NCBI RefSeq assembly: GCF_041956535.1
Contig: NW_027192195.1
Coordinates: 902,510 to 939,452, forward strand
From: Calcarisporiella thermophila CBS 279.70
Lineage: Eukaryota > Fungi > Calcarisporiellomycota
Length of the DNA: 36,943 nt
Direction: 5' to 3'
Shown here one piece after another: positions 20,738 through 32,982 of this stretch. The translations under genes were made by a program, and so were the position numbers. Each line of letters starts with the position of its first letter. Position 1 is the stretch's first letter. The notes under the pieces were generated by a model that worked only from the letters and a program-made list of their open reading frames with translations, was not told where the DNA came from and did not search any database.

Positions 20738-22158
20738 CTACCGCTGATCTCCATGCAGGGTTTCTTGACGCTTTTGTCCAAATGCTACGAACGTCTCGAT
20801 ATAAGACCGGTGAATCTCTAGCTCTCGCTCAACTTTCTCCAAAGTATCCCTCACTTCATCCAGCCTCCGCAATTTCCCGCTAGCTAAGTCCAGCACTGGA
20901 ACTACGGCACGGATAGCATCGAGTATGTTCATCTTACTAAGCGCTCCCAGGCGGCCACCCCAGGATCCCACCGGAATCAAATAGGAGTGAGATTCAAAGT
21001 GATCGAGATTAAGCAACGCCATGCGATCCCTCAGATGCTCTCCCGCGAAATAGTCCATCCCCCGTGCAGAGAGGGTGTGGATAAATAGCTCTCGCAACTG
21101 CAGTATGGCTCCCTCTTCCATATCGGAGATAATACCTCCGTTCGCATCCACAACCTCGATCCATCCCTCCGAGTTTGTGACTCGAAGCAACTCCTGAAGA
21201 GCATGTGGCCATTGAGCAATGGTCAAAGCGGCCACGAAAAACCGCATATACACGTAATCAAAGCTACCATCCTCGAAGGGTAAACGAGAGAGGATGTTAC
21301 CCTGCACAAATTCGCAGTTTGTTGGAGGGTTGGCTGGAAAAAACGACGTTACCATATCCAAGCCGGTAAACCTTGAAGCCGGGTAGTCCTGAGCCATTTC
21401 CTAGGAAGAAAGGGGGGAAAAAATCATAGGGTAGCCATCATGGATTAGGAAAGTGAGTCTATGAGTTTTCGAAATAAGGCGCCATTACTATCAGCCATAC
21501 TGCTGGACCACAGCTAGATGATCGATCCAAATAACGTTAGGAAATTATACCGCAAAATAAAAAATATACACTTTACCCCACGTCCAGAACGCGACACCCT
21601 TTCCTGAGAAGGGGTTCCACTGGGGCCGAGAAATTTCTGAGCTCGCACCAGAGATAAGCCATGGTTATTTTTCAGCATTCACACTAAGTTTGTTGCTAGA
21701 GTACTCTACCTTTGAAGCCTCCAACGCATCATATAATGCTGCACGGTTAACCTTCTGCACTCGGAATCGTCATGAGGAAATAGGTACTTCGATCCAGAGA
21801 TTTTTCGAAATTTCCTCTCATACATCCACTCATACTTTTCGCTATTTTCACCGATCTGCGCTTCATTTTCCATCCATCTAGGCTCTGCCATGCCCGCTTC
21901 AGTGTCTGCCTCGATTTTGGATGGAGGTTCAGGGGAAGGCGAGAGAGGGGAAGCGGTCAAAGAGAGATGTAGCATTGAACTCGGCTTGAAACTTGCAGAG
22001 TCAGGCGGGTTGGCATTTATTGTTAGGATGCGCAATGATGCCGATCTAAGTTTCTTGAGCAAGTCATTACTTGGGATCTTTCTCCGAGGATTCGGCCTCC
22101 CTGATGATGTCGAAGTTGCTTCAAGGTTAGTCTTTGCTTGAGAGAGATTATTTCCCAT
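20738..22158 (-). CDS. Class I SAM-dependent methyltransferase (LaeA-like fungal family), about 398 aa
   Basis: Exons 22158-21710, 21636-21577, 21513-21489, 21400-20738. Motifs YLFPHDDSECRRLTVQHY, RVLDVGCGPAVWLIEMAQDYP, FTGLD, LPFEDGSFDYVYMR, ELLRVT..EGWIE, IPVGSWG. N-terminal MGNNLS fits N-myristoylation. Confidence 0.88.
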
Positions 22159-22773
22159 TAGATGAGCTAACTTGACAACTGAGCTAGTTTCCCCATCGAG
22201 TGATTTCGGGAGAGCTAGGTGAGACAAGGAGCCTTTGATTGTATACGTAGTTGAGATCTTGCTTAGATAGAGTTGTGTCCATTCCGGGTGGATTGCATTA
22301 TAGTTTCCAAATGCAGAATGATTATTTAGAAGCTTCTTGTGCTTGCTGCAGAATCAAACCGGGTATTGGGAGAATGGGAAGGCCGAGTTAGATGCCGGCC
22401 AAAGCGATGGGGCATAGCTTTGCTGTCAACCCATTGCTCCATTCCAAATGTGGCCATCTCCACTTCATTTTCTTTTACGAAAGCTGCCGGTATCCTACTC
22501 ATACTTGATACCACCTTTAGATATATAGATATATTAGCGAGCGTGCTTGGGCATCCGCACCCTCTGGAGATCCATATAAGAGAAAAGCTAATCGGCCATA
22601 GGCGCAGTAAGAAGTGTTTCAATAAATAGACAAATAAATAAATAAATAAAGGTATATAGAGAGTTAGATAAATAGCTATTTGGCAAAAACGTTTAAAAAA
22701 CAACAGAAAAACTCGCGATTGACGAGAGTAGCAAAAGTGGATATGGGTGTCCACCTAGAAGAAGAGACCGAAT

Positions 22774-24177
22774 TTACTGGCGCAATTTTATCAGGCCGAT
22801 TGGAATCTCGTCCTCATCATCCATTAATGTTTTCTTTGCACCCTTTCCCATTGATAAGGGTGCCACTGGGGTGGGGAATGGGGGTAGGGGAGAGTTTGCG
22901 TATGTATTGACGGCAGCACCGTATGGTGGCCATATTGCAGCACCATTTCCAACCTGCATAGAATATGCTCCAGCCAGCATAGACTGTTGTTGCATTAGCA
23001 ACGAGTTCTGCATCATCATAATCTGCTCTTGTAACAGTGCTTGTTGCGTTATTAGCCTATTTCGCTCTAACATCCATTCCCCATTTTCTTCTTCTGTAAA
23101 AGAGTTCATCTCAAAGCTGCCTCCATACATATTTGCAGGCCCCATTATTGGTGGTGCTCTTTGGTTTGGATCCATCGTCGGCATAGCTTGCCCAATCATG
23201 GACATAGGTCTCCCGACAGACGCTATCCTGGAGCGGGCGTGTAGTGATGCCCTTTCTCCTCGAAACACGTTGGAATCTCCGGGAATAGCCATAGACTTCC
23301 TCGAGTGGAGCTTTTGTGGATACCAGGGATTGGAGTAGGTTCTAGGGTCGGTATCTCGTTGAGAATTGCTTTCACTCATATCGGAATGAGGCAATCGATG
23401 CGACGCCCGACGTTCCTCACGCCTGCGATGATTAGCGGAAGGGTAGGTTGATAAATGCGCCGCGTCAGGATAGGCGAGGTGCGCTGGCCTTCGCTCACCA
23501 TTTGAGTTGGTTGACCCGGAAGGGGGTGGTGGGGGCGGCGGAGGGGCTCTTGCTCGCTCACGCGCACGCCGTCTCCGCGTAATATCGGACCATACTGCGC
23601 GCATCTCTCTCTCCTCATCCTCCTCAATATCAAGCATCTCTTGGGAGTGAACCGAAGATCCATCCTCAGAACTGGAGATAATACTGGATGGCTTTCTCAT
23701 TGAACGTGGACGTGTTTTCCTAACGCGTTGTTTTGGCTCGGCTTCCTCGATACCAAGAGAAAGTGGCTCAAGTGATGGAAGCGTCAGCAACTCGAGGTTA
23801 AATTTCGGTACAGAAGCGGTGTCCGTGGTGAGATTTTCTGAAGCTAGGGAATGAGATTCGACATGATCCCCATCACCTATCTCGGGCTGCTCACTATAAT
23901 GAATCTTCTCACCAGAACTTTCCAAGATTGAAGATTTATTCTTTGTGAATCTCGATTTATTCCATAGACGAAGTCCGCTTTTTTCTCTCTCTTCAGTGTT
24001 TACATCAAGGCGGCTCTCAATGACCTGCGACTTTGGTCCAAACATGCGTTTTATTCCAAGAGTTAACTTGCGACCACTAGTCGTACGCGTGGAGCGTGCG
24101 TCCGAATCATCTAGGTTGTGGGAAAATGGGGCTGCGTGAGCCGCGGCCTCGGCCTCCGTCAACGAATGAACGGACAT
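22774..24177 (-). CDS. Intronless hypothetical, largely disordered protein, about 467 aa
   Basis: Long ORF (first ATG 24177) with Ser/Arg/Glu-rich composition, a poly-Pro run, a Q/M-rich helical segment and C-terminal DDEDEIPIG. No recognisable folded domain. Confidence 0.75.
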   Translation of the reverse strand: MSVHSLTEAEAAAHAAPFSHNLDDSDARSTRTTSGRKLTLGIKRMFGPKSQVIESRLDVNTEEREKSGLRLWNKSRFTKNKSSILESSGEKIHYSEQPEIGDGDHVESHSLASENLTTDTASVPKFNLELLTLPSLEPLSLGIEEAEPKQRVRKTRPRSMRKPSSIISSSEDGSSVHSQEMLDIEEDEEREMRAVWSDITRRRRARERARAPPPPPPPPSGSTNSNGERRPAHLAYPDAAHLSTYPSANHRRREERRASHRLPHSDMSESNSQRDTDPRTYSNPWYPQKLHSRKSMAIPGDSNVFRGERASLHARSRIASVGRPMSMIGQAMPTMDPNQRAPPIMGPANMYGGSFEMNSFTEEENGEWMLERNRLITQQALLQEQIMMMQNSLLMQQQSMLAGAYSMQVGNGAAIWPPYGAAVNTYANSPLPPFPTPVAPLSMGKGAKKTLMDDEDEIPIGLIKLRQ

Positions 24178-24813
24178 GGTAATGCAGGGGTCGAATGGGG
24201 AGTGGCACCGAACCACCACGCCTCTCTCCTGGTCTAAGCGTTATAAGCTCACCTCGCGCGGCTAGCGCAGAAGAGAAAGAGAGAGAAGGAGAAAGGGAAA
24301 GAAGAAAAGAAAACTAGCTCTGCCAGAAAGAGGGAATGCGGAGGAAGGGAGAAGCGCAGAGAGAGGGTAGGGCGCAATTCGGCGCTTGGCTTCCACGCAT
24401 AACAGGAGCCAGGAGAGCGGAAGAAGGGAAAGGAAATCGGATGCTTAAGGAGCCCAATTCGAAAATAGCAAATGTGGAGTACTGGGACTATTCTGTATGA
24501 AGAACAAAAATATATGTGCAACGTGCCATCATCTGCGCAAAGTTGCGGGGAAACAAACACGCGACCTGCTAAAAGCATCGGGACTATGGCGGCTGTTCCT
24601 GGCCAAAAGGGTGGGCACGCTTGTTCCATTCATATTCAGCGCGTCTCCGCCCTGGAGGCATTCAGAGGAGCAGCCGCGCGCGTCTTATTGAAGAAAGGGA
24701 AGGAAATGAAATCGCATTATGCACTTCGCGCATCTTCGCGATAAAAATAGTAAAATTGCGATCCCAAAACAATTAAAGTCCGTTACATCCTCGTACCTTG
24801 GGTCTCGAACCTG

Positions 24814-24821
24814 TGACGTCA
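24814..24821. promoter_or_regulatory. CRE/ATF palindrome TGACGTCA in a divergent promoter
   Basis: Exact 8-mer between the two divergently transcribed genes. Single site, could be chance. Confidence 0.25.
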
Positions 24822-25055
24822 GCTTCTTTCTCCTTCGCCCACCTTCTATCCTCGCCTTTTTTTTTGTCTGCTCGCAAACCCCTCTCCAAAAGGACCATGG
24901 GGCACTGATCAATGGCGATTCCGCGCCCCATTCCACGATTCCCCCCTTCCCCCCCTCGTCTTCATAACGAAAGACGACGCACCACCCAAAATAACAAGGG
25001 TATCCTCTCTAGATACGCAAACTTACTCGCCAATGGCGGCAGTTACGGACATGCC

Positions 25056-26854
25056 ATGGTCGCGCTGGTGAGAGAGCGACGGTTCAAGCAGGCGAAGCGA
25101 CTCTTTGCCTCGACCAGATGGTAGCTACATGCTTTATGTTTCAAAAAAGAGATGAATTTTTGCTGATCATGCTGATTTCTGCTAGCAAACAATCCTTGAA
25201 GACGCGTTCATCATCTCCCCCCACCCCTCCATCAACGACACAATCCCTTACCAGCTGGCTCTCGACCGCGGGACGGCTGGTCTCTGGGATCTTTCCGCCG
25301 TCGTCGGTTAAGGAGGAGCTCCTTCCTCCCCCGGCTCCTCCGGCGCCTCCTCAGAAACTTGGCTTCGAAACTGCCATTGTGGAGATGGAGGTGGAAAACA
25401 CTGCCCTCCCCGAGAATACCTCGGTTGAAACCATACGGCCGCCTGTGGATGGGATGAACAAGGAATTCAGCGGTCGAATTGCGGTGGTCAAGGATCGAGA
25501 CGAGGAGGTGCCGCCCATGCCTGTGAAGCGGAAGAGGGGTCGGCCCCGGCGAGATGCAACGAATGTGGCCTGCCCCACCCGTCCGGCCCCGGTCTCTGGG
25601 TGCACCCCGCGGAGCCTGATGCAGCGGAAGGCTTCAGAGGGCAGGTGCAATAAGCAAAAGCGTGTCCTCCCGCCGCGGAGGGGGTTCCTGGCCAATGCGC
25701 TTCTTTCGCATCTGGAGGAGGAGCTTCCTCCCGACGCGGATCCTATCACCCACCAGGACGTCCTCTTTGTGGTGGGGGATGAAGAAGAGGGCAAGCGGCT
25801 CTTGGAGCTCTGCGAGTTGGACGAAAACTGCAGCGAGTATGCCCCCGGCGGGCCAAGTGCCGAGATCGAGGTCCCCAAGTTTCGCGTGCTTTCGCCAAGT
25901 GAGCTCGCCCTCCCTCCAGCCGGCAGCGCGCATGCGACGGCATACGAAGACACGTCGAATGAAGTCTATGCCCGGCGCCACCGGAAGCACGAGCTTTTCG
26001 AAAAGAAGCTCAAGAACCGCGAGCGCGAGCGACTCGCTCATGAAAGGTACCGCCAGCAGCTCGCCGTGGAGAAATTGCGTAATATGATCGAGGCAAATCG
26101 GCTCCTACCCATGGCTGCTTTCCGCATGGCGGAGGACCGCGAGCGAGAACGACACGAGGCGCAGCGGCAATTGCTACGGGAGGCAGAGGGCCTGCTACGG
26201 CGATACGAGGATCTCGGCTTTGGAGGCAGCGGGATGATCGGGGAGAAGAGGCGAAGGGAGGAGGAGGAGATCGAGGGAGCCTCATTGGAGGGGCTAGACA
26301 TGGATGTGTGCGGAAGGTTGAGTGGAGCGGACGAGTGCGTGAAGGTGTCTGTAAGCCGACGTTTGTCTCACTCTCATTCCAACCCCCGCCATTACCGCAT
26401 TCGACAACGCCATGCGTCGCCATCTCCCGCATCACCATCACCACCCACAACATCATCGTTGTCGTCGTCGTCATCATCCTCGGAACTCTCCACCCCACCC
26501 CCGCTTCACCCCCTACCTCTTGCGTCGCCGCAACAACCTCACGAGCCGAAGCAGGATCCCTCGCAACCCACCCAAACCCGGCGCCGATACAGTCGCTCTT
26601 CCTCTCTGGCAGCCCGCGGCCGCTGCCGATCCTCGTCTCCCTTCCCCTCTCCCGGCGCCGAGAAGAAAAAACCCCCCCTTACGACGTTTATCCGGCCCAA
26701 TCTTGGCCTTCCCTCAGGCGATCGCAAGAGTGCGCGCCTAATGCTGGCATTTGGCGCGCGAATGCCGCGGATGGCCATGGAGACGGATTTCTTCCTGCCG
26801 GAGGAGGAGTTTGGGGATGCCATGCGCGCTCGACTCATGCCCTGGGTGAAGTGA
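25056..26854 (+). CDS. PEHE/Sas4-like MYST histone-acetyltransferase complex subunit with an AT-hook, about 577 aa
   Basis: Exons 25056-25120 (alternative in-frame ATG at 24912) and 25186-26854. AT-hook KRKRGRPRR. IEVPKFRVL...YEDTSNEVYARRHRKHELFEKKLKNRERERLAHERY matches the P-E-H-E/Sas4 pattern. C-terminal PLTTF...LAFG...DFFLP resembles filamentous-fungal Sas4 tails. Confidence 0.72.
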
Positions 26855-27669
26855 GGGAACCCGTTAGCACATAAAATTCCCCCCCCCCCCCTTCTTGTCC
26901 TTTTTTTTTTAACAACGCCTCTTTTCTCCCCCCACATATGTACGCAATATATACTTTGGTTTCTTTTTCTTTTTCTTTTTCTTTCTTCCCCTTTTCTTTT
27001 CCTTTACATTTTTTTTTTTTAAAAAAAACATGTGGTCTTATAGGTAGTAGTTCTTTGGATGGGAATTTTCTTCACATTTCATTTTTTTTTTTCCTTCTTT
27101 TTTGTTATCCTCCTCACGTCTTTTAAAAATGTTATAATTTTTTTAGCTTTTTTTTTACTACATGGTCCCTCTCCCGGTAGTTAAGAGAAGAGAATAAAGT
27201 ATTGTAAGATAACGAAGATGGAGAGGCCTTTTCCCCTGTTATAGACTAGCCGTCGGCTTCTTCCAGCTTTCCTGGCCCTTCGCCAGCGCCCAAAATGAGA
27301 GGCGAAACAAAACCAAGATGATTATTATTCTTACTTCAGAGAAATTAGTTAAGAGAATAGGCAGAGAGAGAAAACTGATCATTATCGATGATAAGTGATG
27401 AGTCGAAAAGAAAAGGGGGACATAGAAAAACAAGAGAAACAGCAAAGAGGAGGAAAGTAGTAGGAAAAAAAAAAGGTATTAAAATAGCTAAGTGCACATC
27501 CAGGAAGAAGAAGAAGAAGAAGAAAAGACATCGCCTCCGAGAATCCATCCCAATTTATTCTGTTTTATATTTTCTCCATAAATAAATAAATAGAATGAAT
27601 AAATAAAAAGACAAAGGGAAAAAATGGAGGGGGAGGAGCAGGCCAACGAAGTGAAAGCAGCCGAGCGGC

Positions 27670-29486
27670 TTAAACAATGTATACGAGCATCTTTCTCCAC
27701 CAGGGGAGCGCCTTCTCGGAGTCGTCCTCGGTCTCGGGTTGGCGCCCCGAGTCCAAGTCGACGTCGCGCAGAGGCACCACCTTGGTGCGCTTGATGAGTT
27801 TGTAGGAGAGGTAGAAGACGGCGAACAAGCCCAGCCCAATGTAGGTGGCGAAGAAACTCTTCACATCGAAGGGGTCGAAGTACTTGTACCCGGACCCAAA
27901 GATCACCATAAGGCAGATGATCAAGCCGTAGATGTCCGCCCAAGGATGCAGGGAGGCCCGGTAGGGGAGCTCGTCGAGCGAGCGACCCTGCGCCTTCATG
28001 GCCATGCGGAAGCGGATATGGGTGCCCAGGATGCCGGCCCACGAGATGTACCCGGTGATGGAGGTCAGGTTCAGCAGCCAGAAGAACACCTGCTCGCTAC
28101 TGAACACGGCCGCCAGGGTGCATAGACAGCCGATCAGGGACGAGAACATGAGGGGCAGGATGGGGGCGCCCCACGACGTCACCTTGCCGAAAAAGCGGGG
28201 CGCCTTGCCCTCGCGCGCCAGGGCGCAGAGGGTGCGACTGGAGGCGTAGAGGGACGAGTTTCCGGCGGAAAGCACGGCGGTGAGGATGACGGCGTTGACG
28301 ATGTGCGCGGCGACGGCCCACCCGGCCTTCTGGAACACAAGGGTGAAGGGAGCAATGGACGCCGTGTCGGGGTCGCCGGACTCGAGCAGGTTCGGGTCGT
28401 CGGCGGGGATGCAGAGGCCGATCATGAGCACACTCAGGATGTAGAAGAGCAGGATTCGGAAGAACACGTTGCGGATGGCGCGGGGCACGTCGCGGCGCGG
28501 GTTCTGGGACTCGCCGGCCGCCACGCCCACGATTTCCGTGCCCTGGAAGGCGTACCCGGCCACCACGAACCCGTCGAAGAAGCCCCGGAACCCGTTCACG
28601 AACGGGCTGTAGGGGTCGCGCCAGTACCGGCCGCCGATGTAGTCGCCGGTGCCCCCGGCATCGACCACGATGCCGACGATGATGAACACGATGCACGTCA
28701 GCACCTTGATGAGCGAGAACCAGTACTCCGCCTCGCCGTAGGCGCGCACGCCGAACGTGTTGAGCGAGAAGAGCATGGCGAGGAAGATGAGGCCCCATAC
28801 CGCGGTGTGCACGTTCTGGGTCCAGAACTGGATGATGATGCCTGCTGCGGAGAGTTCGGACGCGAGGGTCACGGCCCACTAAGGGGGGGAGGCGGGATAT
28901 TAAAAAACGGACGAATAGAGCATTGGGTCAATGAGGAGGAGGGAAATTACACTCAGCCAGTAGTTCCACCCGAGGGCAAAAGTCAGCGCGGGATCCACAA
29001 AACGGCCGCCATAGTGGTTGAAGGAGCCGCTCAGCGGGATGTAGGTCGCCATCTCACCTAGAATGCGGGATCGGCAAGGGTTAGTATGGATCGGCATCCC
29101 TGCCACCGAAGAGGCGCCTTACCCAGGGCCATCATCATGCAGTAGACCATCAATCCCACGGCCATGTAGCCCAGCAGTGCGCCGAGCGGACCTCCCTTTG
29201 CAATGTTGTTGCCGGAGCCCAAAAACAGTCCGGTGCCGATCGTGCCGCCGATGGAGATCATGGCCAGATGCCTTGGCTTGAGCTTGCGCTTGATACCCTG
29301 CTGGAGCTTGCCCTGCTCGGAGCCGGCGTCGAATTCGAGCGCGCCCTTCTCAGCATCGACATACTGCACACCGGCCTTCTCCGCGGCCGAGCCGGGATGG
29401 ATCTCTGTCTTTTCGCCGAGATTGGGCCCCTCGCCGGCCCAAGGGCCCTGCGATGGCGGGGCGTTGCTGCTGTTGTAGTGGGACAT
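27670..29486 (-). CDS. Amino-acid permease (YAT family, APC superfamily), about 559 aa
   Basis: Exons 29486-29123, 29057-28951, 28878-27670. Motifs LKPRHLAMISIGGTIGTGLFLGSG, LGEMATYIP.SGSF, RFVDPA, YGEAEYWFSLIKV, AFQGTEIVGVAAGE..NPR, SAGNSSLYASSR. Substrate cannot be assigned. Confidence 0.95.
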
Positions 29487-30778
29487 GGCGCGGGGGGAGA
29501 GAGCCTCGTGGATTCGCTTGGAGTCTTGCCTAGTGCCTGGTCACGGGGGGAGAATCGCTATGCCTTGATTTGCAGCAGAGGCGGCCTGGATGAGGGATTT
29601 GGGGGAGAGAGGGAGGAGGTGAAACAGGGGCAGAGGAGAGCGCGCGAGCTCAGAGTGAGAAAAAAAGGACACAATTGTGGTGAATAAGTCAAATTAAAAA
29701 ATAAAAAAGGTTGGAAGTCAGTTTCTGCGCGCTCCCCCCCTCTGAAACCTTAACATTAACCGGCCATCCCCCCGCCTTGATAGGCACTGAGTTCCAAATC
29801 TGCGCGGGTGGAAGGCGACCGGACGGCCAATCTCCTTTAGCGGAAACCGCGAGAAATTGGAGCATCATGTGGTCAAGGACGCGAGAGAGGAGCTTTCGAG
29901 GGCCTCGCTCGGCCGACTCTGCGGGCTGCTGGTCCGGCGCAAGCCTACACGTGAAAACCCAATCTCCCCCCCGCTTGGCCGCCCGCCACGTCTGGGCGCG
30001 GAACCCTCGCCGCCATCGCCCCTCCCCATCGCCCGGGAAAAGCGCGAGGGCTGGGGCCCAAGACCAGAGCCTCCCCCCTGGGAGAAGACGGCCGATTTCT
30101 TCGGCTCTTGCGTTCGCACTCAGCCATGAAGTGGCTTGCAATTCTCTTGAAACCCCCCCCCCCCCGTTCGTCCCCTCCTATGGTTATGGTTTGCTTTGGA
30201 TAAGCGTGAGAAACGAGTGGCATTACAGCAGGGAGTCGCCACACCCTCTCTTCGCTTCGATTCATGAGACCATGCTTTGTTTGTGTATCTGGTCACTACA
30301 TCCTCTCCCCTCATCGGCCAGCATCGACTCGAATACTCTTCCGCTCTTGCTCTTGGCCTGCCCCCCCCCCCCCCCGCCACACCAGGGCGTTTCCTCCCCC
30401 TGCTCAGCCGAGTGAGTGGATATCTGGCTTGGAACGGAATGGAAGTGTAGTTGCGCAGCGGCGGTCGGAGCCGGGTGGGGCCTCGGGTTCCTCTCAGCTC
30501 AAGCCGCCGTGCAAAGGCCCCACGCGGCTAGTCGGGCTCATTGCACTCAGGCTCGCCAATCGACAAGCTGGGCCGGAAGCCTCTTGGGTGCCTGCCTGTA
30601 ACACCGGAATTTTGCTCCGCCAACTTATTCCAAAAGGCACCGTGGGCCTCGTAAGCCACGCGAGGATAGGGAGCCTCCATAGGGAGATAGCCAAGGTTCA
30701 AGTGTCAATCCCGTGAGGCCAGGAACAAGCTCGAGCACCACTCGTCCCAAAGATGGAAGTTGACTTTAGCTTTTTGCG

Positions 30779-31361
30779 TGACTAATCCTCCTCCGCCAGA
30801 GTCATAAGGACGGCGCTTACAACATCCACGCTGGGCGTCTCCCCGCCTTAAGCCCACGCTTGGTTCGGTTCCCCTATTTGAAAAAGAGAGATGAGCATGG
30901 CGGCGATCGAGGTTGAAGAAGCTCCACCGCGGATAGGCCTGGGCCAATCGCTGGCCTCGTTACGTGGCAACGGAGTGCGTCGTCATGGCTGACGTCATAG
31001 CCCGCGGCCTCAGGCCCACGGTGCTAGCTTGCCCCAGATAGACACCGTTAGGGTTTGGCGGAGTGCATGTCCGCAGTGCTCCGAAAAGCTTCAGGGGGAC
31101 GGCAAACCCGTTGGCTAGAGAGGAGGGTGGCTTCGCGGGCATTGTCTCTGGGTTAAGCGTGCCTGGATGGCACTCGGGAGAATACTTGGGACTTCCCGGC
31201 GGCCGTCTGTGGAGGCTTGTGCCCGAGGGCTGTGCCATGGGCGCGCCACCCACCATTGGTTGGAGATACGGCACGAACATCTATTGACATTAGTGGCGAA
31301 TGGACCACAGAGAGTCATTAGGGTGCACGGTGGTACTCATCCGAGGTCAGCGCTTGACTCA
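30779..31361. promoter_or_regulatory. Cluster of bZIP-type sites upstream of the permease
   Basis: TGACTAA at 30779, GAGTCA at 30799, TGACGTCA at 30990, GAGTCA at 31312, TGACTCA at 31355. Confidence 0.3.
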
Positions 31362-32561
31362 TCCTGCAAGTATGGCGAGTGCCCTGCCAGAATCCCTTGC
31401 GCACGTCTATTCTTTCCAAATCCTTGTCAGGCCTCACCCGGGCTTCCTTCTCTCGACTCCTGCGGGAATGGCTCAAGCACGAGATCATGCAGCCAAGCGT
31501 CCATTCATGGTCGGATTTCTAAGGGTGATCTAGAGGCGTGCTCTTTCCGCCGCGTCAACAGGCCAGATATAAACCGAGTATCTGGGCTCAGTGCAGTCCG
31601 CATTGGTTAAAAGGATATGGGTGCGCCGGTGGAGGTTCGCAGCCACTCACTGGCCGTCGATGGAGCGGCGGTACACAGGTATACAGTAGCACACGGATCT
31701 CCTCAGCGCCGCCGTGGTCACCATGGGCGGGTGCAACTTGGTTTGAATTTCCGCTTTCCTCCTTATGATCAGGATATTGCACCAGACGATACGGCATACA
31801 TCCTACTTTCCGGTGGGAGCCTATGCAGCTCTTCTCCGCACGTCTCCGCTGAGGAGCGCTTTCTGAAAGCTTTCTAAAACTCAAGAGGGGGCTGAATCTA
31901 GCCATCTCTGGCCTCCCCTCCCCCACATCGGGGTTCCCCTTCGCCTACTCGACCGTTCCATGGCCGACGATCCATTGGGATCTCTGTAGGAGATCCAATT
32001 TAGACGGAGGGGATCGACCTTGCGATTTCCGCTGCCAATCTTGGGGATTTTCATTAGGGGGGACTGCGTTTGGGAAAGCGCACTTCATATTCCATCCCAT
32101 CGCGCTCCTCCCGCTTTCCCACCCGATCTCGCCCAACCGTCCCCCCGCCTCTAGTCACCTGACGCCATGGCCTAAGAGGGTGCAGAGTCCCATCTGCTTT
32201 CGCCTACCCAAGCAAAAGAGCTGCCTCCGCCGTCAACCAAAAGAGACCACAGGGAATATATTTTATTTCATGAACCAATAAAGCAAACTCATCAAGAGGA
32301 AATTAGACGCGGCCCAAACAAAAGGAGAATCAAGCAATAATAAGAAAGCGCTGTTTAGACTACAATCACAATATTACAAAAAATGGTAAGAGGAAGGGGG
32401 AGAGGAGGAGGCGGAGGATGGGGGGGGGGGCAAGGCAAGAAGAAGAGATAAAATAAAGTACCAAGGAAGAATAAAAATAATTAAAAAAAAATGAAACCGG
32501 AAATAAGTCATAAGCACAAACGTAGATGACGGACGCCCGAGCTCCCCTACTCATGCTGTTC

Positions 32562-32950
32562 CTATGTGCCTCTTGCTCTCTTCCGCGAGCCAGAAGGGGG
32601 TGGTACACCAGGTTGCCCCATCCCCATTCCATTCATGTTCATGCCGCCGCCAGAGGCAATAAACCCATTGGCATCAAAGATATCCTGCGGATGGCTTGAG
32701 AAGAATTGGTTCAAGTCATACGGCTGCCCGGACGAGGGAATAAGCCCTGGCATAGCCATAGACGGCTGCGGCGGCGGCTGGGGTCGAGGTTGCGATAGGG
32801 ATGGCTGCTGTGGAGGATGGGGGGGTGGCGGTTGTGGCGGTTGGTGTTGTGGATGGAATTGTGTTTGGAACTGAGGATGCACGCGATGCGGCTGGGGAGG
32901 GCCCTGGAATGATTGGCGTTGTAGAGGTCGGGATGGTTGCGGTTGTGATG

Positions 32951-32982
<32 letters not shown>

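Noticed and set aside
22326-22754. 142-aa minus-strand ORF between the methyltransferase and the disordered protein
   Set aside because: Runs through a low-complexity (TTTA)n 3'UTR-like tract, with no coding character.
27504-27524. (GAA)7 microsatellite
   Set aside because: An ordinary simple repeat in a convergent 3' intergenic region.
29689-32136. Numerous 60-234 aa ORFs in the GC-rich intergenic region
   Set aside because: No codon bias, recognisable motif or consistent splice structure.
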